From Eledone cirrhosa (lineage: Eukaryota), in NCBI GenBank assembly GCA_964016885.1, contig OZ024747.1:59520001-59584000 (forward strand): 64,000 bases of DNA, in the 5' to 3' direction. Of the stretch, positions 16,154 to 29,100 are shown piece after piece. The position numbers and the translations under genes are program-made. The notes under the pieces are model-generated. The model saw only the letters and a list, made by a program, of their open reading frames with translations. It had not been told where the DNA came from and did no database searches. Positions within the stretch are counted from its first letter, which is position 1. Each line of letters opens with the position of its first letter.

Positions 16154-16206
16154 GTATATGTATATATATAACCAAAGATTAATATGGATCATTGATTACT
16201 CAATTC

Positions 16207-16278
16207 ATATATTTTATCTGATGAGGACGTACTGAAAAAACAGCACAGTACCTCCGAAATATATATAATAAAACATAT
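16207..16278 (+). ncRNA. Type I hammerhead ribozyme, Penelope-like terminal fragment
   Basis: TTTTAT-CTGATGA(16218-24)-GGA c GTACTG..CAGTAC c TCC-GAAA(16256-59)-palindrome ATATATAT-A(16267)-ATAAAA; flanked by (TA)n. Confidence 0.8.
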
Positions 16279-16315
16279 TTTGATTATGTGAACGTCTTCA
16301 TTTATTAATATTTTG

Positions 16316-16385
<70 letters not shown>

Positions 16386-16586
16386 GCGCGTTTCGCTTTT
16401 TATACCCGCCGAAATGCGATTCTCGCTGAATGTATAGTATATATACATCAATCACTTTCTACATATACAGACACACCCTCTTCTATCTGTATATATTACA
16501 CACAATCATCACTTAATTTCTCACCCAATATACAGACACATATCTCTTTCTTATCCGTTTACATATAAACATCTCTATCTCCCGAA

Positions 16587-16640
<54 letters not shown>

Positions 16641-17054
16641 ACAAAAACTTTCTCTCTTCGTATATACAACATCTTTCTCTCTTCGTATATACAACATCTT
16701 TCTCTCCAGTCATTCTACAATGATGTGCACACAACCATCATTCGCTCTCTCCGCACATACTGCATCTCTCGCTCTAGGTATTTCCGTTATGCGTGTATAC
16801 ACACACACACACACCTGTCTATAATATGCGTGTATACACACACACACGGTCTCTATAATATGTGTATATATACATACAACTGTCTCTATAATATATACAT
16901 TCTTTTCTCTATTCATCCACTTAACTTTCAGTCACATGCTCTCCATTTTATTCCTCTATAATATTCCTCATATCTCTGCGATAAACATACATATGATACC
17001 CGCATATTTATCTAGCAGATAAAACGGGCATTAAATGGTTATACAAACACACAC

Positions 17055-17088
<34 letters not shown>

Positions 17089-17245
17089 CACCCCACCCTC
17101 AAGAGCCTGAAACTAATAAACCTTTGTTCGTACTGCCTCTGTTTTGTTCCCGTTCAATTTTTCACTATATATACATATACAGACCCTACATATAAAATAT
17201 ATAAACACACACACGTGAGCCCCAAACCTTTCACATACACGTTTA

Positions 17246-17290
<45 letters not shown>

Positions 17291-17307
17291 ATAAAAATAA
17301 AAGAGCC

Positions 17308-17385
17308 TGGCAGGTGAACAGTGAGCTGTACTGATGAAGGGTGAAACCCAGAAACATTAGTGTCTGCAGTTCTGTTTACATGCCA
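17308..17385 (+). ncRNA. Type I hammerhead ribozyme with long stem I and closed stem III
   Basis: CTGATGA 17331-37; stem II GGGT/ACCC; GAAA 17351-54; stem III ACA-TTAG-TGT; GUC site at C17364; stem I GAGCTGTA/TGCAGTTC extended by GTGAACA/TGTTTAC and TGGCA/TGCCA. Confidence 0.75.
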
Positions 17386-17669
17386 ACACAAGAGCAAGTT
17401 CTACTGACATGGCTATAAAATTGAGGGAGGCTTGTTTGTATAATTGCAAACGAATCGAATGTTATTATTATTATTCGAAAACCTCAGATTTCATTTAAAC
17501 ATACAAAGATCCGATCAAAATCCCAACACGCCATATGTCTGTACTAACATCATGTGCCACCATCATCTCCGCTCATCATACGGTGCTCTACTTCTAGAAA
17601 CCATTCTATAATCAGTGACAGCCAGTCATCATCAACCATTACTTTCGCTTTCGTTATACGCACACATGT

Positions 17670-17713
<44 letters not shown>

Positions 17714-18158
17714 TCATACTAACACTCCTTCATGACTATTCAAATCAATTAATTAATAATAATAATGGTTTCTGATTTAGGCACAAGGCCACCAATTTGG
17801 GGAGAGGGGGAAGGGGAGAGGGGGGAAGGGGAGTCGATTAATTCGACCACTCCAGTGTATTACTGGTGCTTTGTTTTATCTAATAATAAAAATTTAGTAA
17901 TTTACTACAGTTATTAATTATCTCATTACTTAAGATGGTAACTTAAACATATTGTTCTTATATAAAATGATGTTGGGATATTTTAATGCAAATACATGAA
18001 CTGTGTTAAAATGGTTTGTTTCGTATGGGTTGGTATGAAAACTGCGACTGTGTGAAAGAGATGGATGTTGAGTAATTCCTTCTTTAAAGAATTGTTCCTT
18101 AATAAACGCGACGTTGGTAAAATAATATTCAATTGAAAAATAACACCAAACACACACG

Positions 18159-18159
<1 letters not shown>

Positions 18160-18202
<43 letters not shown>

Positions 18203-19207
18203 ATATTTACACGCACACACACACATGTATATACAGTATATATATATATATATACACACAATAGCTATAACATTTATATATATATATATATATATACACA
18301 CAATATCTATAACATATACACATATATATATATATACACACATACACAATATCTATAACATATACACACACAATATCTATAACATATATATATATATATA
18401 CACCATTATAACATATATATATATATATATATACACACAACATAACATATATATATATATATACACATACACACAATATAACATATATATATATACACAC
18501 ACAACATAACATATATATATATATACACATACACACAATATAACATATATATATATATACACATACACACAATATAACATATATATATACATACACACAA
18601 ATAACATATATATATATATATATATACATACACACAATATAACATATATATATATATACATACATACACACACACAATATAACATATATATATATATACA
18701 TACATACACACACACAATATAACATATATATATATATACATACATACACACACACAATATAACATATATATATATATATATATACATGCACACAATATAA
18801 CATATATATACATACACACAATATAACATATATATATATATATACATACACAATATAACATATATATATATATATATATATACATACACACAATATAACA
18901 TATATATATATATATACATACACACAATATAACATATATATATATATATATATACATACACACAATATAACATATATATATATATATATACATACACACA
19001 ATATAACATATATATATATATATATACATACACACAATATAACATATATATATATATATATACATACACACAATATAACATATATATATATATATATATA
19101 CACACAATATAACATATATATATATATATATATACACACAATATAACATATATATATATATATATACACACAATATAACATATATATATATATATATATA
19201 CATACAC

Positions 19208-19279
<72 letters not shown>

Positions 19280-19332
19280 ACATATATATATATATATATA
19301 TATACACACAACATATATATATATATATACAC

Positions 19333-19372
<40 letters not shown>

Positions 19373-19416
19373 CACAATATCTATAACATATATATATATA
19401 TACATACCCACAATAT

Positions 19417-19452
<36 letters not shown>

Positions 19453-19751
19453 CACACAATATGTATAACATACATATATATATATACACACACACAATAT
19501 CTATAACATACATATATATATATATACACACACACAATATCTATAACATACATATCTATAACATACATATATATATATATATACACACACACAATATCTA
19601 TAACATACATATATATATATATATACACACAATATCTATAACATACATATATATATATATATATACACAATATCTATAACATACATATATATATATATAT
19701 ATATACACACAATATCTATAACATAGATATATATATACACACACACAAACA

Positions 19752-19790
<39 letters not shown>

Positions 19791-19800
19791 GTACACACAA
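18160..19800. repeat. Compound (TA)n/(CA)n minisatellite with a ~30-bp unit CACACAATATAACA(TA)nCATA
   Basis: Direct reading; the IYIY ORFs here are artefacts. Confidence 0.95.
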
Positions 19801-19831
19801 CACACATTCGCCTAGACACACATATACATAC

Positions 19832-20049
19832 TCGTATGAACAGAATTTTGTTGGTTCGATGCTTATTTTCTTTTCAAATTCTTCCATTTCCATATTTTCC
19901 AGATAAGACGGGGATATGGAACAAGAATTACTAGAGTATTCATTACTAAGTGGGTATATATTATATATATTGAACACTGATGATGATGTAATTGGTGTAT
20001 AATCGATTAATGCAGCATACATTGCCATTATATATTTTAACCGATACAT
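19832..20049 (-). CDS. Candidate coding exon of an unidentified minus-strand gene (MYRLKYIMAMYAALIDYTP...IEPTKFCSYE)
   Basis: Unique, stop-free 72 codons between microsatellites; acceptor TTGTTTTATAG ending at 20075; donor GA|GTATGT at 19831. No recognised homology. Confidence 0.3.
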
Positions 20050-20348
20050 TATTTTAGTTTAGAATAAATTAATACTATAAAACAATTACTAGTCGAGTTA
20101 GTAGTAGCATAATGGGTGTAATATTTGATTTTTACCATGTGTATATATATATATATATATATATGTGTGTTTGTGTGTGTGTGTGTGTGTGTAACAAAAA
20201 TTAAGATGAATTATGAAATAAAATGAAAAATGTCTTATCTTCGCATTGTTGGAATTTGTAAATTGTCTGTGTGTATATATGTATATATATATATATATAG
20301 TAATAATAATAAAATTGAAGACTAAAATCCAAAGAGGGCTCATATATA

Positions 20349-20415
<67 letters not shown>

Positions 20416-20424
20416 ATATATATA

Positions 20425-20474
<50 letters not shown>

Positions 20475-20559
20475 GGAATCTGTGTGTTGTTACTCAAAAA
20501 TTCTGAAACGAAACTCAGAGTCTTCGAATAAATTGTTACTCCATTCTTCCTCACATTAA

Positions 20560-20607
<48 letters not shown>

Positions 20608-21261
20608 TAGAGGGAGGTTGATATAGTGTGTATATATAAACAGATAGAGACAGGTATATATATATATATATATATAAAGAAAATTACTGCATTGGCTTAT
20701 ATCTTTTATGTTTTTCGTGCGGTGACTATGAAGAAGAAATATTTTCAAATCAAATCAAATCAAATCAAAATAATCAAAAAATATCACACACACACAAAAA
20801 AATAAAAAAAAAAAAAGAAACAGAGACGATAAAGGAGAAGAAAATATATAATAAATTAAAAATATAAATAAATGAAATATCAAATATTTTTTTAACAAAT
20901 ATGAAACTGATAGTAAAAGTACTTACAAATCTTGTAACCCCTCTATTGACGCAGTCAGAATTCGAAACCGTGAAGACCATAATAACGTTTCAAATATGTA
21001 ATAATGGAAATAACAAATATTTCTATATATTATATTGGGTATATTTGTATGTCAGGCAACAATCTTTGACAAGTGTTTAATTATATTGGGAGTTTTTCTT
21101 TTTTTCTGTCTGATATTAAGTTCAATTGAGGCAAATAATAATTATATATATGTATGTGTAAATATGTTTTATGTATGTTTATATAGGTGTGTGTATATAT
21201 ATATATGTATAATGTATGTATATATATATATGTGAGTATATGTATAATTTATGTATATATA

Positions 21262-21302
<41 letters not shown>

Positions 21303-21570
21303 GTATATATATATGTATGTATGGATAGATGGATGTGTGCTTATAAATAAATATGTTGTTTGCGAGTGTATATATATATATAGATAGATAGATAGTTAGA
21401 TAGATATCTATATCTATATATATATATATATGTGTGTGTCAGTGTGTGTATTTGTTGGTGTATTTAAAAAAAAATAGACAGCAAGATAAGTAAGTAAGTA
21501 AAGGAGGCGACGATAAAAATAATCTTCTCCCTTCACTCCGCTTTCTTCTTCTTATCCAAAGTGGAAACAC

Positions 21571-21600
21571 TGATGCATTGTGGGACAAAATATGGCGGAC
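21571..21600 (+). promoter_or_regulatory. ZNF143/Staf site followed by a YY1-like motif at the start codon
   Basis: TGATGCATTGTGGGA (reverse complement TCCCACAATGCATCA) at 21571-85; AATATGGCGG over the ATG; locally CpG-richer. Confidence 0.65.
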
Positions 21601-21613
21601 AGGCGTGATTCAG
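21592..21613 (+). CDS. Probable first coding exon (MADRRDS, phase 1) of an unidentified + strand gene
   Basis: AAAATATGGCG start context, then CAG|GTTTGT donor at 21614 and a T-rich intron-like sequence. Confidence 0.55.
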
Positions 21614-22011
21614 GTTTGTTTACATTTCATTCATATTTATGTCGTCTGCCAGTGTCTTTCTTCTTCACCGCCTCCATACACATAATTTCAAAGCTTTCGC
21701 GTGTATAAAACTAATAAGAAGAAAAATGTTTCTAACAAATATTTTTAGCTTACAAGTTTCTATCCTGAAATTATTAATTTTAAATTCGTATATTTTTTTT
21801 TTTTTTTTTTTTGTGGAAGAGAAAAGTGTAACGGAATATTTTTAATGCTCGTTCGTTTCTCTTGCTTTTTTATCGATTTCGTTTGAATGATTTTTATAAA
21901 ATTCATCTACCGCTATCATTTTCATTCGATTTGTAAGTGCCATTTGCCTTACATTTGACTTAGTTCTGAAGTTTGGTATATTTGTTTATACTTTCACTCG
22001 CTTAACAACGT

Positions 22012-22041
22012 CGCCGCCATTGTTGTCGTTGCTATGACAAC
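22012..22041. promoter_or_regulatory. RFX X-box with an adjacent minus-strand YY1 motif
   Basis: GTTGCTATGACAAC at 22028-41; CGCCGCCATTGTT at 22012-24. Confidence 0.6.
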
Positions 22042-22319
22042 CGAGCCTTCGTTTCAGTTGAACTTTTTTAAAATTTTATTTTAGTTTTGTTTTGTTGTTT
22101 TATTGCTCTTTTCTATCGATTAATAAGTATTCCATTACTATTTATTTTAAATTTTCGTATTGTTTAGGACAACTCTCCTAAGGACTTTTTTTTTTTTTGT
22201 TGTTTTTTTCAGCACTTTAATTAGTTTAATGATCACTTATGTAGAAGGGAGGAATGTAAGGAAATGTCAAACGAAATAATTTCTGCTTATATTTTTTTTT
22301 TCTCTTTGAAGAACATTTT

Positions 22320-23025
22320 GACTGCCGGCATTTAATAAAGCTTGTTTAGTTACGCCCCTTTACATTCTGAGTTCAAATCCTGACGACGTCAACTCTGCGT
22401 AATAACCTTCTTGGGTTGATAAAACAGAGGACTGTCCCACCCAACACTGGGATCAGTATAATCGATTATACATCTCTGCCCTTAACTTATGATCTTGCGT
22501 TTTAGAAATCGTTGTTTTCCTTTAAATTGCCGAAACACACGCTTGAGCGAGGGTTTCTTCTCTGAAAACCTTCCGCTGTCCAGCTCTCCTGAGAGTTTCT
22601 TACCATTTTAAAGTGATGTATATTTTGATACCTCTTTGGCGCTTCATCATTACGAGTTTGGATGCCATGCTTTGCAGCATAGAGTTACGCCCCTTTACGG
22701 TCTGAGTTCAAATCCCGCCGAGATTAACTTTGCCGATAAAATAAACTTGGTCGATAAAATAAAGCACCAGTAATGCTGGGATAATTGCTGGTCTTGTGCT
22801 AAAAGTAGAAATAATTATTACCTTTCGGTAATGAGCGTGATTGGCAGTATCGGTAGAGCGTTAGACACTGTGCTACGCAGCTTAGAGTTATGGCCCTTTA
22901 TGTTGTGAGTTCAAATCCCACCTAGGTTAACTTTGCCTTTCATCCTTACGGGGTTGATAAAATAAAGTACCAGTAATGCACTGGGGTTATTGCTGGCCTT
23001 GTGCCAAAAGTAGAAACAATTATTA
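22320..23025 (+). mobile_element. Three tandem copies of the main tRNA-derived SINE
   Basis: B-box GAGTTCAAATCC in each copy; body CTTTGCCTTTCATCC..GATAAAATAAAGTACCAGT; tail TGCTGGCCTTGTGCCAAAAGTAGAAACAATT. Confidence 0.9.
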
Positions 23026-23044
23026 CCATTCGGGTCGATTGTTT

Positions 23045-23325
23045 AAAGTAAGGGTTTAGGGTTAGCGTTTCATGTTAAAGTTTAGGTGTTAATTTTAGGT
23101 TTAGGGTTAGTGTTTAGGTTATGGTAATGTTTAAGGTTAGGGTTCAGGTTAGGTTTAGGGATTAATTTTAAGGTTAAGGTTATGATTACAGTTTAGAGTT
23201 AGCTTTTACAGTTGGAGTTTAGGTTATGGCGAGGGTTACGATTAGCGTTTAGGCTTTGGGTTTAGGTTTAGTTTAGTTTAAGGGGTTAGGGTTAGTTGTG
23301 TTTAGAGTTAGAGTTTAAGGTTTTA
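23045..23325 (+). repeat. Degenerate (TTAGGG)n-like tract
   Basis: Hexamer-periodic GGTTAG/GTTTAG/TTAGGG variants. Confidence 0.8.
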
Positions 23326-23854
23326 AAATATCCGTTTCAATGTGAAATGCAAGATAATAACAACGAAGAGCAACAAAGTTTGTTTTTTCCATACAAAAGA
23401 CAAATTTTCACTTCATTTTTCATTTAACCATACAAAATGTAAATGCAGTTAAGTGAAGGCTTGGCAGAAATAAATGCAATGGTATGACTTTCAATGCAGC
23501 AAGATGATTCCGGATTTACGTGTTAACTAAACAAGATACAGCCTATGACTACGGTTTTCAAACTGTGGGCCTCAGCATACTGGTATACCGAGAGTTACAA
23601 ATGGACGCTTTCACTGCGATCATGGAATAGCATACGTCTGAAGTTTTGCACATCGGAGATACTGGATGAACGAACGGAGAGGGACAATCTTTCACCAACT
23701 GGTTTATGCTGTTACCGTTTGGGCTAATGTTTTCTACTTTAGCTTCGGCATGACCAATGCCTCTTCTGTGTTGAATATGGCAACCACAAAAGCCCGTCGA
23801 GCGACAGTACAAAAGCTCTCGCATAATTAAAGTACTGAAGTCGATTATCTAGAC

Positions 23855-24206
23855 CAGAGGTTCTCAAACTTTTTAGGCCACCCAGCGCCCCCTACCCTAT
23901 TTCCAGGGAGACTTGCCTACTCGCAAATTGTAAATAATATATAATACATGAACTCGTTAATTTATATATAATAAATTAATTGTTTCTACTTTTGGCATAA
24001 CGCCAGCAAATACCCAGTACATTACTGGTACTTTATTTTATCGACCCCGTAAGGATATAATATATACTATGTATAAATAAATATTGTATTTTTTATTTTA
24101 CTATATTTATATATAATATGTATCATTTGATATTTAATATACTATTTTATCATCTCTAGCGCCCCCGGGGGCGGGGAGGTGGTAGCACTCACTTTGAGAA
24201 CCTCTG
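23855..24206. mobile_element. hAT MITE with an internal SINE fragment
   Basis: TIR CAGAGGTTCTCAAA / TTTGAGAACCTCTG; 8-bp TSD ATCTAGAC / ATATAGAC. Confidence 0.9.
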
Positions 24207-24327
24207 ATATAGACTATAGACCTGGGGTGTCATATTCAAGGACGCAAAGGGGCCATTACATCATGCCGGGGGGTTACAAAGATCCAAAAGTGAGATTAAT
24301 GGGGATGGGGGCGTAATTTCCACCATT

Positions 24328-24518
24328 TATAATTGTTTCTACTTTTGGCACAAGGCCAGCAATTAGTCCAGTGTCTTACTGATACTTTATTTTATCGACC
24401 CCGTAAGGATGAAAGGCAAAGCTAACATCGGCGAGATTTGAACTCAGAACACAAGGGCCATAACTCTGTGCTGCAAAGTATGGTGTCTGCTGCTCTACCG
24501 ATATTGCCAATCCACCAC
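24328..24518 (-). mobile_element. Main tRNA-derived SINE
   Basis: Reverse complement of the 25315-25506 copy. Confidence 0.9.
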
Positions 24519-24726
24519 TTAAAATAATTGATTCCAGTACTTTAATCATGCGGGAGCTTTTATACAGTTGCTTGACCTGCTAGAAATAGCAGCAAAAAAT
24601 TCTACTTCAAATAGCTCCTTGGTATCTTAAATAAGGAAGAATATTATCGGACAGTGTTGTCCCTGATATACTGAAAGACAAGATTGTTACGGTTAGAAAG
24701 GCCTACCCCCCCACCCACCCCGTCTT

Positions 24727-24777
<51 letters not shown>

Positions 24778-25314
24778 CTTTCTTTCTCTTCCTCTCCATT
24801 TTCTCTTCCTCCGCATTCTCTCTTTCTCTCTCTCTCTCTCATTCACTCCCCACTCTCTCTTCCTCGTATGCCTTTCTCTTCCTTCTCCCACTTCTCTTTC
24901 TCCCTCTCTGTCCCTACTCCTCTCCCCTCTCTCCCCCACTCTCTATCCACCCCACCCCCCCCCCCTCTCTCTCTCTCTTTCACCCCCCCCCCCCTCCGTC
25001 ATTCCACACTCTCCCAATAATATGTCTGTTGTGTCTATATGAAATACCAAGTCTGTAACACTAACACTGTTAATTTCCCAAGCAGCAGTAATTCCGTTGG
25101 TCAGATAACTGAGTGCCAAGGAACTGCAGGAAGAGAATGACAAATGCCTGTATAGCATGGATCAATTATTTAAAAGGCATATTGACCTAATTCTACTCTC
25201 ATGAATCAAGTAATGACTAAAACTGCTGAAGATCTTGGAAAAGGTTAGATATCTGTTGGAAAATGTAATGGAACATTGAAGAATAGGTGTGGTTATCAGT
25301 TATTATTAAAAAAA

Positions 25315-25506
25315 GGGCGGTGGATTGGCAGTATCGGTAGAGGGTCGGACGCCATGCTTTCCAGCATAGTTACGTCCCTTTACGATCTGAGTTCAAATCC
25401 CGCCGAGGTTGACTTTGCCTTTCATCCTTACGGGGTCGATAAAATAAAGTACCAGTAATGCACTGGTTAATTGCTGGCCTCGTGCCTAAAGTAAAAACAA
25501 TTATTA
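25315..25506 (+). mobile_element. Main tRNA-derived SINE, full length
   Basis: A-box-like TGGCAGTATCGG, B-box GAGTTCAAATCC, ATT-rich tail. Confidence 0.92.
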
Positions 25507-25659
25507 AAAAGGGGGAAAGATTAGCAGGGGTACAGATTAGAAGAGAGAACTTTTATAGGGGACAGACTTTCTCCTATCTTATTTCTAATAGGACTGCCAC
25601 TCCCACTTCCCATTTTTTTTTTTTTTTTTGATTATTCAAAATAAAGCCAAGAAGGTTTA

Positions 25660-25830
25660 TTTACTGAGATAGAACAGAGGAAACATGGACTGTCTCACCC
25701 TTTTCATGGATGATTTAGAACTTTATGGTAAAGACATGAATAAACTGGATTCTTTTATGTAAATTGTACAAATATTTAAAAGTGATATTGGGATGATATT
25801 CAGTATCTAATAATGGGCTTTAATGGAAAT
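25660..25830 (+). mobile_element. Decayed reverse-transcriptase fragment (R4/NeSL-like LINE)
   Basis: LSH-frameshift-LFMDDLELYGKD catalytic motif. Confidence 0.6.
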
Positions 25831-26181
25831 GAAACCAGGCCTGTCACCAAATATTGAGAACAATACTTTAACATCAGTATGAGTGGCCGGTTACGACCTG
25901 TTTGAACAGAAAGAGGTGAGTGAATTCTGGCCAGATATGGCCGGTTTAAATGCTTAGGGGTTAATCTAGGGCTGCCAAATACTCCCCATTGTTGGTCAAG
26001 AAAGTTAATGTCTTCTAGAAATTGTCCTGTTTACTAAACTGTCACTTTATCTTTCATCATCAAGTACCAATAAGATCTACAAGGTGACAGAACCAATCAT
26101 TTATGTCTGGACAGTTCTCAAGCTTCTTTGTTTGTGAATGACAAACAATAGAGATTCTTACATATATATATTGTAGATCTA

Positions 26182-26247
<66 letters not shown>

Positions 26248-26300
26248 CACATATATATGTATATATATATGTGTGTGTATATATATATATATATTTGTGC

Positions 26301-26332
<32 letters not shown>

Positions 26333-26593
26333 ATGTAGCTCAAGAAATGACAAGACGAAAACGGATACAAAAACAGAAAGTCATATTTTATATCACACTT
26401 AGAGGGAAAAGAAGAGAGTTGAGGTTTTAGACATAAGTCCTTCCTCAGGAAATTGAGAGTTCAGAGAGAGAAAAGGTTTGAACATCGGAGTTTGAGAAAA
26501 AACTTGTTTTAATAAGTTAGTAGGTGAGTAGTCTGGCATTGAGGAAGGTGAAGAATTCAGGTGTGTCATTGGTGTTATATATATATATATATA

Positions 26594-27019
26594 CAATGAT
26601 ATTAAATAAATGGAAACTATATTTATAAAACCATATTTATTCTATTATATATATTTCAAGGGTACCAAAAACTTTGGTACGCTTTCATCAGATAAAATAC
26701 AAAGTACGTTTTATAAATTTTGACATAGCCAAGGAACATACCTTAACGGTTAAAGTTTTCCTTAACTTCAACCGTTAAGGTATATTCCTTGGCTATGTCA
26801 AAATTTATAAAACGCACTTTGTATTTTATCTGATGAAAGCGTACCAAAGTTTTTGGTACCCTTGAAATATATATAATAGAATAAATATGGTTTTATAAAT
26901 ATAGTTTCCATTTATTTAATATCATTGAATATTATACTCCAGAAAACTTGTCGAGTGCTCTGAATCAGTTATAAACATTTATATTTGTTGAATTACCAAC
27001 AAATTGAATATCCCTTCTG

Positions 27020-27020
<1 letters not shown>
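26594..27020. mobile_element. Penelope-like terminal repeat plus inverted partial copy (164-bp foldback) carrying two hammerheads
   Basis: Arms 26594-26757 and 26764-26927 with 3 mismatches by eye; + strand HHR 26822-26883 with canonical CTGATGA/GAAA/TA core; (TA)n on both sides. Confidence 0.8.
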
Positions 27021-27068
<48 letters not shown>

Positions 27069-27072
<4 letters not shown>

Positions 27073-28005
27073 GACAGCTTCCGTTACCTGGGTGACAAAA
27101 TCACCAGTGGGGGAGGGTGGTCTGAAAGTACAGTAGCTAGAGTCAGAACAGGATGGAAAAAGTTCAGAGAGCTTATACACTATTGGCCGCTAAAGGGTTC
27201 TCTCTAAAAATGAAAGGCAGGCTGTATGATGCCTGCATACGAACAGCAATGTTACATGGCAGTGAGACCTGGGCATTGTGTGCAGAGGATATACGCAGAC
27301 TGGAGAGAAACGAAGCTCGCATGCTCCGCTGGATGTGTAATAGTAATATACGTGAACGGCAAAGCATAAACGAACTAAGGGAGAAATTAGGAATAAGAGG
27401 GATCAGATGTTGTTTACTCGAGAGAAGACTACGTTGGTATGGTCACATGATGCGCATGAAAGACGACAGCTGTATAAAAAAAGAGCAGGGCGATAAAAAT
27501 AGACGGTAGCCACGGAGTAGGCAGACCCAGAAAAACCTGGGACGACTTGATAAATTCCGACCTCACACACTTACACCTCTCCAAGACAATGTCACCGGAC
27601 CGAGATCTTTGGCACTACACAGTTATACAGAAGACCTGCCTTGCCTAAGTACAAAGCGAAACCTACAGTCAGTAGGCACCTCTAACGAAATACAACCCCC
27701 CCCCTTATTGTGAAGTTATGTTGGTACCACAACATCCAGTCCGAAACAAATGCGGTCGTTTAGGTGTCACAACAAAAAAAAAACACACACAGTCCACGCT
27801 GTAATGTGGTCGTGTAGGTAACACGGTAAAAACCCCCCAGACCCACACTGTAAACGTGGTTGGAGTTAGGAAGGGCATCCAGCCGTAGAAAACCCGCCAG
27901 ACAGTCCTATACGAGCAGGATAACCAATCTTGCCTCAAGTGGGAAAACTCCCGTCCAAACCCATGCAAGCGTGGAAGATGGACGTTAAACGATGATGATG
28001 ATGAT
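27069..28005 (+). mobile_element. 5'-truncated RTE-clade LINE (ORF C-terminus, 3' UTR, (GAT)n tail)
   Basis: VDSFRYLGD...ARVRTGWKKFREL / frameshift / KGRLYDACIRTAMLHGSETW...RRLRWYGHMMRM; tail GGACGTTAAAC(GAT)n. Confidence 0.92.
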
Positions 28006-28083
28006 ATATATATATATAGTTAAATATTAGACAGGAACAAAAAACAGAGAGGCATGTATATCTTAACTCTTTAACTATATATA

Positions 28084-28253
28084 TAATTGTTTCTACTTTT
28101 GGCACAAGGCCAGTAATTATCCCAGTGCATTACTGGTACTTTATTTTATCGACCCCGTAAGGATGAAAGGCAAAGTTAACCTTGGCGGGATTTGAACTCA
28201 GATCGGAAAGGCCCGTAACTCCATGCTGCAAACCATGGCGTCCGACCCTCTAA
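28084..28253 (-). mobile_element. Main tRNA-derived SINE, 5'-truncated
   Basis: Matches the reverse complement of the SINE consensus. Confidence 0.9.
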
Positions 28254-28270
28254 CTATATATATAATATTA

Positions 28271-28305
<35 letters not shown>

Positions 28306-28308
<3 letters not shown>

Positions 28309-28508
28309 AAAGGTAAACAGAAATAACAACACAATTGGTACAGTATATGGAAGGAATATATTATGTTAATGCTTGAAATAGCAGAAAGATAATCTTAACG
28401 TTTCAGACGCTAGCCCTTCATCAGAAGAAAGAATGAGAAATTAGAAAGATTGAAGGGATGGGCGGGGTGGAATTTGAAAAAATGTTTTAAGGAAAGATAA
28501 CAGGTCCA
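28306..28508 (-). mobile_element. Penelope-like terminal fragment with a minimal hammerhead (28393-28428)
   Basis: Minus strand TCTT-CTGATGA-AGGGCTAGCGTCT-GAAA-CGT-T-AAGA; homologous to 42743-42948. Confidence 0.7.
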
Positions 28509-28886
28509 CCCACTTTTCCAAATTAGCATAAGTTTTTTTAGAGTTCCATACCTTTGCTGATGCCCCACATTTTAGTTTACTCTTACAACTCACAGAGATA
28601 CAGTGTATCTATACATAAAGCAAACATACAAACAGACAGTAATATATATGAGTGAGTGTGGAAGGGTTGGCCTGAGCATGATTTGAACTCACAAGTGCAA
28701 ATTACCTGAACAAATATCATGAGATCTTCACCCCCTTGTTCTAATGACTTTACTCACTGGTTTTCTCCTAACTTATCCAGTGATTTAAACACATAAAAAG
28801 ATGTGTACACTTTAAAATAAATTAAAAATATCAATAAAAATCTTTCATGTTTTAATAAAAATATATAACCTCTCTTTCTCTCTCTC

Positions 28887-28942
<56 letters not shown>

Positions 28943-28945
<3 letters not shown>

Positions 28946-29040
28946 GGTGTCCCCCAAAAAATCTATACACAGCTCAACAGCATTCTAATAAATATTGCCT
29001 GTACAGGTAAAATGAGAATACATTTTTTGGGGACACTCTG
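28943..29040. mobile_element. Tc1/mariner MITE (98 bp)
   Basis: TIR CAGGGTGTCCCCCAAAAAAT / ATTTTTTGGGGACACTCTG; TA flanks. Confidence 0.85.
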
Positions 29041-29063
29041 TATATATATACACACACACACAG

Positions 29064-29100
<37 letters not shown>

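Noticed and set aside
17930-18100. Minus-strand terminal exon (EQFFKEGITQHPS...)
   Set aside because: The longer frame is not phase-compatible with the 19832 donor, and there is no recognisable homology.
18207-19679. IYIY/CVCV/THTH ORFs here and throughout the window
   Set aside because: Translations of dinucleotide microsatellites.
23400-23830. Short ORFs on both strands
   Set aside because: No motifs or convincing splice sites; probably decayed repeat.
25315-25410. tRNA genes at SINE heads (also 46697)
   Set aside because: A/B boxes are present but no cloverleaf, and they are fused to SINE bodies in many copies.
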